A stretch of 64,000 nucleotides of DNA from Rhodocyclaceae bacterium (GTDB lineage: Bacteria > Pseudomonadota > Gammaproteobacteria > Burkholderiales > Rhodocyclaceae). The notes below the pieces were generated by a model. It saw only the letters and a list, made by a program, of their open reading frames with translations, was not told the origin of the DNA and ran no database searches. The translations under genes were made by a program, and so were the position numbers. This document shows positions 1 to 9,244 of the stretch, in pieces. Position 1 is the first letter of the stretch. Every line of letters starts with the position of its first letter. Where the stretch lies: assembly GCA_016791205.1 (NCBI GenBank), contig JAEUNH010000128.1:4594-68593 (forward strand), in the 5' to 3' direction.

Positions 1-2
1 GT

Positions 3-776
3 CTCGCCGTGTCACGGAGACCGACTTTTTTCGCCAGGCGCCTGGCCGGCCTCGGCTATGCCGCCTGGTGCTGGACGGTATTCGCGGCGCTCGGCCTGCC
101 GGTGGCGGTCTTGCTGACCGTGCTGCGCCGGCCCGCCGCCGGCCGCCGTCTGGCGCGCGGCGCGGCGCGGCTGTTCCTGGCCCTCGCCGCCATGCCGCTG
201 CGGGCGCAGGGCCTGGAGAATCTGCCGCGCGCTCCGCACCTGCTGCTGATCAACCACACGAGTTATTTCGACATCGTCGCCCTCACCGCGGCGCTGCCGC
301 CCGACTATGTCTTCGTCGCCAAGCGCGAACTGGTGCGCCAGCCCTTCCTGCATGCCTGCCTGCGCGGCCTCGGCACGCTGTTCGTCGAACGCCACGAGGC
401 GGCCAGAAGCGCCCAGGACGTCGAGGAGGTCGTCGCCGCCCTCGGTGGCGGCGCGCGCCTGGCGCTTTTCCCCGAGGGCACCTTCTCGCGCGAGACCGGC
501 CTCAAGCCATTCCGCATGGGCGCCTTCGTCGCCGCGGCGCGCGCCGGCGTGCCGGTGGCGGTGGCCGGGCTGCGCGGCTGCCGCCTCATCCTGCGCGACA
601 GGACCTGGCAGCCGCGCCATGGCCAGCCTGAAATCGAGGTCGGCGCGGTGCTGCGGCCCGACGGCGCCGATTGGGCCTCGGCCGTGCGTCTGCGCGAAGC
701 CGTCCGCGCCGAGATGCTGCGCCTGTCCGGCGAACACGATCTGGGCGGTTACCTGCCCGATTTGCCGGCCCCGTAG
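3..776 (+). CDS. PlsC-type acyltransferase domain, probably the 5'-truncated C-terminus of a longer protein
   Basis: NHTSYFD (HX4D), FVAKREL and LFPEGT motifs; frame is open from the window edge. Confidence 0.8.
   Translation, partial: LAVSRRPTFFARRLAGLGYAAWCWTVFAALGLPVAVLLTVLRRPAAGRRLARGAARLFLALAAMPLRAQGLENLPRAPHLLLINHTSYFDIVALTAALPPDYVFVAKRELVRQPFLHACLRGLGTLFVERHEAARSAQDVEEVVAALGGGARLALFPEGTFSRETGLKPFRMGAFVAAARAGVPVAVAGLRGCRLILRDRTWQPRHGQPEIEVGAVLRPDGADWASAVRLREAVRAEMLRLSGEHDLGGYLPDLPAP
5..29 (+). repeat. Dispersed 25-bp motif, copy 1 (CGCCGTGTCACGGAGACCGACTTTT)
   Basis: Matches 8 other copies read from the sequence. Confidence 0.9.
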
Positions 777-832
777 GCGCTCACCCGCCGTGATAAAATC
801 GCTTTTTTGTTCAACCCGTTAAGCCTTCTCCC

Positions 833-2080
833 ATGTTTCCCAGAAAAAACACCCTCGCCAAGGTCGACGCCGAGCTGTATACCGCGATCGAAGCCGAAAA
901 CCGCCGCCAGGAAGAACACATCGAATTGATCGCTTCCGAGAACTACGTTTCCTGCGCGGTGCTCGAGGCGCAGGGCTCGCAGCTCACCAACAAGTACGCC
1001 GAGGGCTATCCCGGCAAGCGCTACTACGGCGGCTGCGAGCATGTCGACGTCGCCGAGCAGCTGGCCATCGATCGGGCGAAGAAACTGTTCGGCGCCGACT
1101 GCGCCAACGTCCAGCCCAACTCCGGCTCGCAGGCCAACCAGGCGGTGTTCTTCGCCTTCCTCAAGCCGGGCGACACCATCCTCGGCATGAACCTGTCGAT
1201 GGGCGGACACCTGACCCACGGCATGCCCCTCAATATCAGCGGCAAGTGGTTCAACATCGTGCCCTACGGCCTCGACGCCAAGGAAGAGATCGACTATGCC
1301 GAGATGGAGCGGCTGGCGCGCGAACACAAGCCCAAGCTCATCATCGCCGGCGCCTCGGCCTACGCCCTGCGCATCGACTTCGAGCGCTTCGCGAAAGTCG
1401 CGAAGGAAGTCGGCGCCATCTTCATGGTGGACATGGCGCACTACGCCGGCCTCATCGCCGCCGGCGTCTATCCGAACCCGGTGCCGCACGCCGACGTCGT
1501 CACCACCACCACCCACAAGACCCTGCGCGGTCCGCGCGGCGGCCTGATCCTCATGAAGGCCGAGCATGAGAAGGCCATCAACTCGGCGATCTTCCCCGGC
1601 ATCCAGGGCGGCCCGCTGATGCATGTCATCGCGGCCAAGGCGGTGGCATTGAAGGAGGCCATGACCTCGGAATTCCGCGACTACCAGGAGCAGGTGCTCG
1701 CCAACGCCCGCGTCATGGCGCGCGTGCTCTCCGAGGAGCGCGGCCTGCGCATCGTCTCCGGCCGCACCGAGAGCCACGTCTTCCTGGTCGACCTGCGCGC
1801 CAAGAACCTCACCGGCAAGGAAGCCGAGGCGGTGCTCGGCCGCGCCCACATCACGGTGAACAAGAACACCATCCCGAACGATCCGCAGAAGCCGCTGGTC
1901 ACCTCCGGCATCCGCATCGGCTCGCCGGCGATGACGACGCGCGGCTTCACCGAAATCGAGGCCGAAACCGTCGCCCATTTGATTGCCGACGTGCTGGACC
2001 ACCCGAATGACGAGGCGGCCATCGCCAAGGTGCGCGGCAAGGTGGCGGAGCTGTGCAAGAAGTATCCGGTTTACGGCTAA
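833..2080 (+). CDS. glyA: Serine hydroxymethyltransferase
   Basis: [36 protein letters not shown] (PLP lysine). Confidence 0.98.
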   Translation: MFPRKNTLAKVDAELYTAIEAENRRQEEHIELIASENYVSCAVLEAQGSQLTNKYAEGYPGKRYYGGCEHVDVAEQLAIDRAKKLFGADCANVQPNSGSQANQAVFFAFLKPGDTILGMNLSMGGHLTHGMPLNISGKWFNIVPYGLDAKEEIDYAEMERLAREHKPKLIIAGASAYALRIDFERFAKVAKEVGAIFMVDMAHYAGLIAAGVYPNPVPHADVVTTTTHKTLRGPRGGLILMKAEHEKAINSAIFPGIQGGPLMHVIAAKAVALKEAMTSEFRDYQEQVLANARVMARVLSEERGLRIVSGRTESHVFLVDLRAKNLTGKEAEAVLGRAHITVNKNTIPNDPQKPLVTSGIRIGSPAMTTRGFTEIEAETVAHLIADVLDHPNDEAAIAKVRGKVAELCKKYPVYG

Positions 2081-2086
2081 GAAGCC

Positions 2087-2566
2087 ATGAAGTGTCCCTT
2101 TTGTTCTGAAGCCAATACCCAGGTGATCGACACCCGGGAGAACGAGGAAGGGGACACCGTCCGCCGCCGCCGCCGCTGCCTGGCCTGCGACAAGCGCTTC
2201 ACCACCTACGAGCGCGTCGAGCTGCGCATGCCGCTCGTCGTCAAAAAGAACGGCAGCCGCGCCGACTACGATCGCGACAAGCTGCTGGCCAGCCTGATGC
2301 TGGCCCTGAGGAAGCGCCCGGTCACCACCGAGAGCATCGACGCCGCCATCGAGCGCATCGAGGAGCGCCTGCTTGCCAGCGGCGAGCGCGAGGTGCCCAC
2401 CGAGAAAGTGGGCGAGCTGGTGATGCGCGAGCTGCGCAAGCTCGACAAGATCGCCTACGTGCGCTTCGCCTCGGTGTACCGCAACTTCGAGGACGTCGAG
2501 GAGTTCCGCGAGGCGATCCGCGAAGTGAAGAAGCCGCGTACGCCGCGGCGCCCCCGCAGCGCCTGA
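2087..2566 (+). CDS. nrdR: Transcriptional repressor NrdR
   Basis: MKCPFC...RRRRRCLAC zinc ribbon, ATP cone, AYVRFASVY; glyA-nrdR-ribD synteny. Confidence 0.97.
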   Translation: MKCPFCSEANTQVIDTRENEEGDTVRRRRRCLACDKRFTTYERVELRMPLVVKKNGSRADYDRDKLLASLMLALRKRPVTTESIDAAIERIEERLLASGEREVPTEKVGELVMRELRKLDKIAYVRFASVYRNFEDVEEFREAIREVKKPRTPRRPRSA

Positions 2567-2578
2567 CTGGAACCTTTC

Positions 2579-2645
2579 ACCACAGAGACACGGAGGCACA
2601 GAGAAAAATCTTATGTCTTGCTCTGTGTCTCAGTGTCTCTGTGGT
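2579..2645. repeat. Intergenic inverted repeat (25-bp arms, 17-nt spacer), REP/MITE-like
   Basis: ACCACAGAGACACGGAGGCACAGAG (2579-2603) pairs with CTCTGTGTCTCAGTGTCTCTGTGGT (2621-2645), 2 mismatches. Confidence 0.85.
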
Positions 2646-2655
2646 TAATGGGTTT

Positions 2656-3744
2656 ATGTTTTCGGCACACGACCACGAATTCATGGCCCGCGCGCTGCGG
2701 CTGGCGGAGCGGGGCCTCTATACCACCACCCCGAATCCGCGCGTCGGTTGCGTGCTCGTCCGCGACGACGCCGTCGTCGGCGAGGGCTGGCACGAACGCG
2801 CCGGCGAGGCGCATGCCGAGATCCACGCCCTCAACGCCGCCGGAAACCTTGCCCGCGGCGGCACCGCCTACGTCACCCTCGAGCCCTGCAGCCACCACGG
2901 CCGCACGCCGCCCTGTGCCGGGGCCCTGATCGCGGCCGGCGTGGCGCGCGTGGTGGCGGCGATGCGCGATCCGAACCCGCAAGTGGCGGGGCAGGGGCTG
3001 GCGCAGCTTGCCGCCGCCGGCATCGTCGTCGCCGACGGCCTGCTGGCGCAGGAGGCGCGCGAGCTCAACATCGGCTTCGTCTCGCGCATGGAACGCGGCC
3101 GCCCCTGGCTGCGCCTCAAGCTCGCCGCCAGCCTCGACGGCAAGACGGCCCTGAACAACGGCAGGAGCCAGTGGATCACCGGGCCGGAGGCGCGCCGCGA
3201 CGGCCATGCCTGGCGCGCCCGCGCCTGCGCCATCCTCACCGGCGCCGGCACGGTGCGAGACGACGACCCGCGCCTGAACGTGCGCGACGTCGAGACTTCC
3301 CGCCAGCCGCTGCGCGTGGTGGTGGACAGCCACTTCGAGACGCCGCCGACGGCACGCATCCTCGAAGGCGGCAAGACGCTGCTGGTGGCGGCGAAGGAGG
3401 ATGCGCCGAAGATCGCCGCGCTGCGCGCGGCCGGCGCCGAGGTGATCGTCCTGCCCAACCCGCAAGGGAAGGTCGACCTCGCGCGGCTGATGGCGACGCT
3501 GGCCGGGCGCGGCGTGAACGAGCTGCACGTCGAGGCCGGCCACAAGCTCAACGGCTCGCTCATGCGCGAAGGGCTGGTCGACGAGCTGCTGCTCTACTAT
3601 GCGCCGACGATCCTCGGCAGCGGCCGCGAGATGTTCCCGCTGCCGGAGATCGCCGACCTTGCCGGCCGGCGCGACCTGAAAATACTGGATCTGCGCCGCG
3701 TCGGCGCCGATGTCCGGATTCTGGCGCGGCCGCTGGCGGCATGA
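2656..3744 (+). CDS. ribD: Bifunctional riboflavin deaminase/reductase RibD
   Basis: PNPRVGCV, HAEIHAL, TLEPCSHHGRTPPC, SLDGKTAL, VEAG; ATG at 2656. Confidence 0.97.
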   Translation: MFSAHDHEFMARALRLAERGLYTTTPNPRVGCVLVRDDAVVGEGWHERAGEAHAEIHALNAAGNLARGGTAYVTLEPCSHHGRTPPCAGALIAAGVARVVAAMRDPNPQVAGQGLAQLAAAGIVVADGLLAQEARELNIGFVSRMERGRPWLRLKLAASLDGKTALNNGRSQWITGPEARRDGHAWRARACAILTGAGTVRDDDPRLNVRDVETSRQPLRVVVDSHFETPPTARILEGGKTLLVAAKEDAPKIAALRAAGAEVIVLPNPQGKVDLARLMATLAGRGVNELHVEAGHKLNGSLMREGLVDELLLYYAPTILGSGREMFPLPEIADLAGRRDLKILDLRRVGADVRILARPLAA

Positions 3745-4127
3745 AGGGCAGGCGGGATCCCGGCCGCGATTTCCCCGGCAAGCGCTGGCTGGTGAACCTG
3801 CTGCGCGCCGCCCACCTGATCGGCGTGGTCGGACTCGGCGCCGGGGTGCTGACCGAATTGCCCGAAGCCCGCTGGTTGGCCTTCGGCCTGACGGCGCTGA
3901 CGTCCGGCCTGGCCATCCTGGCCCTCGACGCCTGGTCGCGCGCCGGCTATTTCCGCGAGTACGTCGGCCTGGCGATGGCCGGCAAGCTGGCCCTGCTGGG
4001 CGTGCTGCTGGCCTGGCCGGCCGAGCGCGCCGCGCTGTTCTGGCTGATCCTGGTCTTCTCGGTGTTGTTCGCTCATGCCCCGGCCAGCGTGCGCCATGCC
4101 CTTTGGCTGAAGCGGAAGGCCTCGTGA
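3741..4127 (+). CDS. Small hypothetical membrane protein (about 4 TM)
   Basis: ATGA overlap with ribD stop; 128 aa hydrophobic ORF (LRAAHLIGVVGLGAG...SVLFAHAPASVRH). Confidence 0.75.
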   Translation: MKGRRDPGRDFPGKRWLVNLLRAAHLIGVVGLGAGVLTELPEARWLAFGLTALTSGLAILALDAWSRAGYFREYVGLAMAGKLALLGVLLAWPAERAALFWLILVFSVLFAHAPASVRHALWLKRKAS

Positions 4128-4747
4128 GCGCCCGGCAGGTGCTGATCGTCGAAGACCACCCGCTCTTCGTGCAGGCGGTGAGCGAGGTCGTCGCCCGGCT
4201 CGACCGGAACGCCCAGCTGCGCAGCGCTCACACCCTGGCCGACGCCCTGGCGGCGGTCGAGGGCGGCTGGTGGCCCGACTTCGTCCTGCTCGACCTGAAC
4301 CTGCCCGATGTCGTCGGTCTGGAGGGAGTCCGCAAGCTGCGCCAGCGCCTGCCCGGCGTTCCCGTGCTGGTGGTGAGCGCCCTCGACGATCCCGACGTTC
4401 GCCGCAAGCTGCGCGATGCCGGCATCGACCGCTTCGTGTCGAAGAGCGCACGCCCGGCCGAATTCATCGAGTCGGTCCGCCAGATGTTCCAGCTGGTCCC
4501 CGATGCGGCGGCCGATCCGGGCAGGCGCCCGGCACCGGCCCTGCACACGCCGCTGTCGCAGCGCCAGATCGAGGTGCTGCGCGAAATGGCCACCGGCAAG
4601 TCCAACAAGGAAATCGCCAGCTGCCTGGAGATCTCCGTGGAGACGGTGCGTGCCCATGTGGTGGAAGTCCTGGCGCGGCTCGGCGTGCGCAACCGCACCG
4701 AGGCGGTGATGGTGTTCTACTCGGGCCGCCTTGAATTGTCGCAATGA
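4124..4747 (+). CDS. NarL/LuxR-family response regulator
   Basis: GTG start overlapping upstream stop; LIVEDH, LLDLNLPD receiver; LSQRQIEVL...GKSNKEIA HTH. Confidence 0.92.
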   Translation: MSARQVLIVEDHPLFVQAVSEVVARLDRNAQLRSAHTLADALAAVEGGWWPDFVLLDLNLPDVVGLEGVRKLRQRLPGVPVLVVSALDDPDVRRKLRDAGIDRFVSKSARPAEFIESVRQMFQLVPDAAADPGRRPAPALHTPLSQRQIEVLREMATGKSNKEIASCLEISVETVRAHVVEVLARLGVRNRTEAVMVFYSGRLELSQ

Positions 4748-6630
4748 GGCGGGGCCCATTTTTTGCGGCGGGACTGGCCCGTGGCCTGGCGCTGTTCCTG
4801 GGGCTGTTCGCGGCCGCCGTGGCGGCCGCCGCCGATCCGGTCGAATTGCGCCGCGAGCGGTCCGAGGTGGCGTTGTTCGGCCACATCGAGGTGCTGGAAG
4901 ACCCCGATCGCCGTCTTGCGGAGACCGACTTTTCCCCGCAGGGCGCTACCCCCGGGATGGCGGCCTTGCCCGGTCGCCTGCACGCCTTCGGGTATTCGGC
5001 CAGCGTCTTCTGGGGGCGCCTTGCGCTGGTCAACACCGATCCGCAGCGGGTCGACTGGATGCTGGTCTATCGCCAGGCCGCGGTAGACCGCATCGAGGTA
5101 TTCATCGCCCGCGAAGGCGGCGCCTGGCAGGCGCTGGCGCCCTACGCGGCGGGCCGGTCGCGGCAAGTATTCGGCGGCATGCGCTACCCGATATACGGCG
5201 TCAGCCTGGCGGCGGGTGAGCAGGCGGCGCTCTTGATCCGCATCGAGAACACCTCGCCGATCCGCTTTCCTCTGGCGCTGCAGGAGATGAGCGCGTTCTT
5301 CATGCAGGACCGCATCGGCCGGCTGTGGATGGGACTGGCGCTGATGATCCCGCTGGTGGTGGCTGTCTACATGCTGTTCCTGTGGGGCGCCATGCGCGAC
5401 CACAGCCTGCCTTTGTATATCGGCTTTCAGCTCTCCACCATGATCGCCTCGGCCTGGATCGGCGGCTTTCTCGCCGAGGCCCTGCCCATGCTGCCGCGGC
5501 GGGCCCTGGCCGGAATCGGTGTCGGCGCCTTCAATCTCGGCCTCTGTCTCGGCCTGCTGCATGCCCGCGCCTTCCTCAAGCTGCCGCGCCGGCATCCACG
5601 CCTGGCGCGTGCCCTGCTGCTGTGCGCGCCGGCCTTCCCGCTGATCGCCGCTTTGGAGTTCGCCCACAGCGCCGCCGCCCGCCCCCTGACCATCGTCGCC
5701 ACGGTCGGCGTGGTGCTGTTCGTGTTCGGCGCCAGCCTGCAGGCCTGGCATCGGCGCCTGCCGCTGGCCGGCATCTACGCCCTGGCCTGGGGCAGCCTGC
5801 TGCCGGGCGTGGCGAGCCTCGTGGCTTCGCGGCTGAACCTGATCGACCACGGTGCGGTGACGCAGGCCCAGCTGGCGGCCGGCGCCTCCTCCTCGCTGAT
5901 CTTCGGTTTCGCCCTGGCGGCGCAGATCCGCCGGCGCGAGGCGCGCACCCGGACGGTGATGGCCCAGAGCTGGCTGCTCAACGCCGCCCATCACGACCTG
6001 CGCCAGCCCCTGCAGTCGCTCGGCATCTATCTCGAACTGCTGCGCGGCGAGGCCGAGCGGCCCGCCCAGGTGCGGGCCCTCGCCGGGCGCATGGAGGCCG
6101 CCTACAACGGCCTGGCCGATTTCCTCGACGGCATGCTGGAGCTGTCGCGCGCCGCGACGGGGCGGCACGAGCCGCAACCCAGGCGCCTGCGGGTGGATGA
6201 CCTGCTGGCGCCGCTGGTGGAGGAGTACCGCCGGCTGGCCGCCGCCGTCGGCCTCGAACTGCGTCATGTGCCCTGCCATGCCTGGATCGAGAGCGACCCG
6301 CGCCTGCTCGAGCGGATCGTGCGCAACCTGCTGGCCAATGCCGTGCGCTACACCCAGCACGGCCGCATCCTGGTCGGCTGCCGGCGTCGCGGCGGGCGTC
6401 TGGCCATCGAGGTCTGCGACACCGGCCCGGGCATCGCCGCGCGCGATCAGGAACGGATGTTCGCCCGCTACACCCAGGGCGAGGAGGCGCAGAACCGGCA
6501 GGCCGGCTTCGGCCTGGGCCTGGCCATCGTCCGCCAGCTGGCCGAGCGGCTCGGACACGAGGTGCGCCTGCATTCGGTGGAAGGGCGCGGCTCGCGTTTC
6601 GCGGTGCTGGCGGCGCGCCTCGACGGGTAA
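4744..6630 (+). CDS. Sensor histidine kinase with 7TM-DISM-like input
   Basis: Signal peptide, extracellular domain, about 7 TM helices, HDLRQPL H-box, NLLANAVRYT, DTGPGI, GFGLGL. Confidence 0.9.
   Translation: MRRGPFFAAGLARGLALFLGLFAAAVAAAADPVELRRERSEVALFGHIEVLEDPDRRLAETDFSPQGATPGMAALPGRLHAFGYSASVFWGRLALVNTDPQRVDWMLVYRQAAVDRIEVFIAREGGAWQALAPYAAGRSRQVFGGMRYPIYGVSLAAGEQAALLIRIENTSPIRFPLALQEMSAFFMQDRIGRLWMGLALMIPLVVAVYMLFLWGAMRDHSLPLYIGFQLSTMIASAWIGGFLAEALPMLPRRALAGIGVGAFNLGLCLGLLHARAFLKLPRRHPRLARALLLCAPAFPLIAALEFAHSAAARPLTIVATVGVVLFVFGASLQAWHRRLPLAGIYALAWGSLLPGVASLVASRLNLIDHGAVTQAQLAAGASSSLIFGFALAAQIRRREARTRTVMAQSWLLNAAHHDLRQPLQSLGIYLELLRGEAERPAQVRALAGRMEAAYNGLADFLDGMLELSRAATGRHEPQPRRLRVDDLLAPLVEEYRRLAAAVGLELRHVPCHAWIESDPRLLERIVRNLLANAVRYTQHGRILVGCRRRGGRLAIEVCDTGPGIAARDQERMFARYTQGEEAQNRQAGFGLGLAIVRQLAERLGHEVRLHSVEGRGSRFAVLAARLDG
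4909..4933 (+). repeat. Dispersed 25-bp motif, copy 2 (CGCCGTCTTGCGGAGACCGACTTTT)
   Basis: Inside histidine kinase gene, read as RRLAETDF. Confidence 0.9.
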
Positions 6631-6634
6631 GGGT

Positions 6635-7378
6635 TCAGCCGCAGGCCGCGCAGCCCGGGTCCCTGGCAAGCCGGATCGAGCGCCATTCCATCGCCAGGCC
6701 GTCGAGCAGCAGCAGTCTCCCGGACAGCGATTCGCCGCAGCCGGCGACGAGCTTCAGCGCCTCGGCGGCCTGCGTCGTGCCGATGATGCCGGTGAGCGGG
6801 GCGAAGACGCCCATGACCGCACAGCGCACCTCCTCGGCCTCATGGCCTTCCGGGAACAGGCAGTTGTAGCAGGGGCTTTGCGCCTCGCGCAGGTCGAACA
6901 CCGAGACCTGGCCGTCGAAGCGGATGGCGGCGCCGGAGACCAGCGGCTTGCGGAACTTCACGCAGGCGCGGTTGATGGCGTGGCGGGTGGCGAAGTTGTC
7001 CGAGCAGTCGAGCACGACGTCCGCGGCGGCGACCTGTTCGGCCAGGGCTTCGCCTTCCAGCCGCTGCTCGAGGGCGATGACCTTGGTTTCGGGATTGAGC
7101 AGGGCCAGGCTGTCGCGGCCGGAGGCCGCCTTGGGACGTCCTACCGAGGCGGTGTGGTGCAGGATCTGCCGCTGCAGGTTGGTGAGGTCCACGGTGTCGC
7201 CGTCGCAGAGCACCAGCGTGCCGAGGCCGGCCGAGGCCAGGTACATCGCCGCCGGCGAGCCGAGCCCGCCGGCGCCGACCACCAGGGCGCGCGCCGCCAG
7301 CAGGCGCTCCTGCCCTTCGATTCCCAACTGGGGCAGCAGGATGTGGCGCGAATAGCGCAACAGCTGCTCGTCGTTCAC
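6635..7378 (-). CDS. moeB: HesA/MoeB/ThiF-family adenylyltransferase
   Basis: GTG at 7378; RYSRHILL, VGAGGLGS, NLQRQ, CYNC and CAAC zinc motifs. Confidence 0.88.
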   Translation of the reverse strand: MNDEQLLRYSRHILLPQLGIEGQERLLAARALVVGAGGLGSPAAMYLASAGLGTLVLCDGDTVDLTNLQRQILHHTASVGRPKAASGRDSLALLNPETKVIALEQRLEGEALAEQVAAADVVLDCSDNFATRHAINRACVKFRKPLVSGAAIRFDGQVSVFDLREAQSPCYNCLFPEGHEAEEVRCAVMGVFAPLTGIIGTTQAAEALKLVAGCGESLSGRLLLLDGLAMEWRSIRLARDPGCAACG

Positions 7379-7824
7379 CGGTCTTCCCGGGCCTCGACCG
7401 GCGTGTCGTCGCGGTCGCCGTGGGGGTGGTGCTCCCAGGCCTTGATATACACCTGGTTGGACTGCTTGATCAGTCGCGCCGGCTCCTTGAGGTTGCTCAG
7501 CTGGGTTTCTTCCGTGAAGTAGACCAGGGCCCGGACGATCTTGCAGTAGATCGAATTGTCGAGGTGGTAGCCGAGGTTGCGCAGCGCCTTTTCCAGCCCC
7601 TGGTAGGTGTAGTCGATCAGGTCGTAGCTGACGCTGATGCCGCGCGGATGGGGCCCGGCGCTGACCTCGAGGCATTCCAGTCCCGAGAGCAGGTCGAGGG
7701 CCCGCGCCGCCTGTTCCGGCGGCATCCTGGTGAAGCGGATCTCGCGACGCTTGAGGTTGCCGTGCGCGGGCACAGCGGGGGCGGGAACGCGGTGGGCCAG
7801 CTGACGCGCGCGTTCCGGGTTCAT
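7375..7824 (-). CDS. Hypothetical protein, HMA/ferredoxin-like fold suspected
   Basis: 149 aa ORF filling the ctpA-moeB gap with GTGA overlap; ISVSYDL...LEKALRNLGYHL, His-rich tail. Confidence 0.7.
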   Translation of the reverse strand: MNPERARQLAHRVPAPAVPAHGNLKRREIRFTRMPPEQAARALDLLSGLECLEVSAGPHPRGISVSYDLIDYTYQGLEKALRNLGYHLDNSIYCKIVRALVYFTEETQLSNLKEPARLIKQSNQVYIKAWEHHPHGDRDDTPVEAREDR

Positions 7825-7830
7825 TCGCCG

Positions 7831-9225
7831 CTACTTCGCCTGCATGATCTGCAGGCCCTTCAGGAGGTTCAGCGCCTGGTTGAGCTGGTAGTCGTTCTTC
7901 GAGGCGATCTCGAAGCGTGGCGGCTTGTCTTCCTCTTCCGGCTCGTCCTTGGCCGGCTTGCCCTTGGTGGGGGCCTTGGTCTGCGGCTTGGGCGGCGCGG
8001 CTTCCTTGTCCTTCTCCTTGTCGTTCTCCAGGTGGCGCTCCAGGTCGGCCTCGCGCAGGCGCGGGCCGGAGCTGCCGTTGGCGGTCTCCTCGACCACGAT
8101 GTCCGGCACGATGCCCTTGGCCTGGATGGAGCGGCCGCTCGGCGTGTAGTAGCGCGCGGTGGTGAGCTTGATGGCGGTGTTGCTGGTAAGCGGAAGGATG
8201 GTCTGCACCGAGCCCTTGCCGAAGGTCTGGGTGCCCATGACCACGGCGCGCTTGTGATCCTGCAGTGCGCCGGCGACGATCTCCGAGGCGGAGGCCGAGC
8301 CGCCGTTGACCAGCACCACCATCGGCACGGTCTTCACCCCAGGCGGCAGATCCTTGAGGAAGTCGACGCGGGTGCCGCGCAGGTAATCCTCTGGGCTGGC
8401 GACGTACTTGCGCTTGGCGTCCTCGGTGCGGCCGTCGGTGGAGGTGACCAGCACCTTGGGCGGCAGGAAGGCGGCCGAGACGCCGACGGCGCCGTGCAGC
8501 AGGCCGCCCGGGTCGTTGCGCAGGTCGAGCACCAGTCCCTTGACCGGTCCCTGTTTCCAGATCTTGCCGAGGTGGTCGGCCAGCTTGTTGGCGGTGTCTT
8601 CCTGGAACTGGGTCAGGCGCACATAGGCGAATCCCGGCTCGACCACCTTGGACTTGACGCTCTGCACCTTGATCACTTCCCGGGTGATGACGACGATGAT
8701 CGGCTTGTCCTCCCCCTTGCGGGCGATGGTCAGGGTGATCTGGGTCTTGGGCTTGCCGCGCATGCGCTTGACGGCGTCGGACAGGTTCATGCCCTTCACC
8801 GGCGTGTCGTCGAGCTTGACGATCAGGTCGCCGGCCTTGATGCCGGCGCGATAGGCCGGGGTGTCCTCGATGGGGGAGATCACCTTGACGAAGCCGTCCT
8901 CCATGCCGACCTCGATGCCGAGGCCGCCGAACTCGCCCTGGGTGTTCACCTGCAGGTCCTTGAAGGCGTCGGCGTCGAGGTACTGCGAGTGCGGATCGAG
9001 GCCGGTGAGCATGCCGGAGATGGCCTGGGTGATGAGCTTCTTGTCCTCCACCGGCTCGACGTAGCCGGTCTTGATGGCATTGAAGACGTCGGCGAAGGTG
9101 CGCAGTTCCTCGATCGGCAGGGCCGAGGCCTCTTTTTGCGCGATGGCGGAAAAGTTCAGGCTGATGAAGATGCCGGCGACCAGTCCGAGGACGATGAGGC
9201 CGGCTTGCTGCAGTTTGTTGCGCAT
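7831..9225 (-). CDS. ctpA: S41 carboxy-terminal processing protease
   Basis: GLGIEV PDZ, DLRNDPGG, SASASEIVAGALQD, TFGKGSVQ. Confidence 0.95.
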   Translation of the reverse strand: MRNKLQQAGLIVLGLVAGIFISLNFSAIAQKEASALPIEELRTFADVFNAIKTGYVEPVEDKKLITQAISGMLTGLDPHSQYLDADAFKDLQVNTQGEFGGLGIEVGMEDGFVKVISPIEDTPAYRAGIKAGDLIVKLDDTPVKGMNLSDAVKRMRGKPKTQITLTIARKGEDKPIIVVITREVIKVQSVKSKVVEPGFAYVRLTQFQEDTANKLADHLGKIWKQGPVKGLVLDLRNDPGGLLHGAVGVSAAFLPPKVLVTSTDGRTEDAKRKYVASPEDYLRGTRVDFLKDLPPGVKTVPMVVLVNGGSASASEIVAGALQDHKRAVVMGTQTFGKGSVQTILPLTSNTAIKLTTARYYTPSGRSIQAKGIVPDIVVEETANGSSGPRLREADLERHLENDKEKDKEAAPPKPQTKAPTKGKPAKDEPEEEDKPPRFEIASKNDYQLNQALNLLKGLQIMQAK

Positions 9226-9244
9226 GGTTGCTCCGTTGGCGGGT

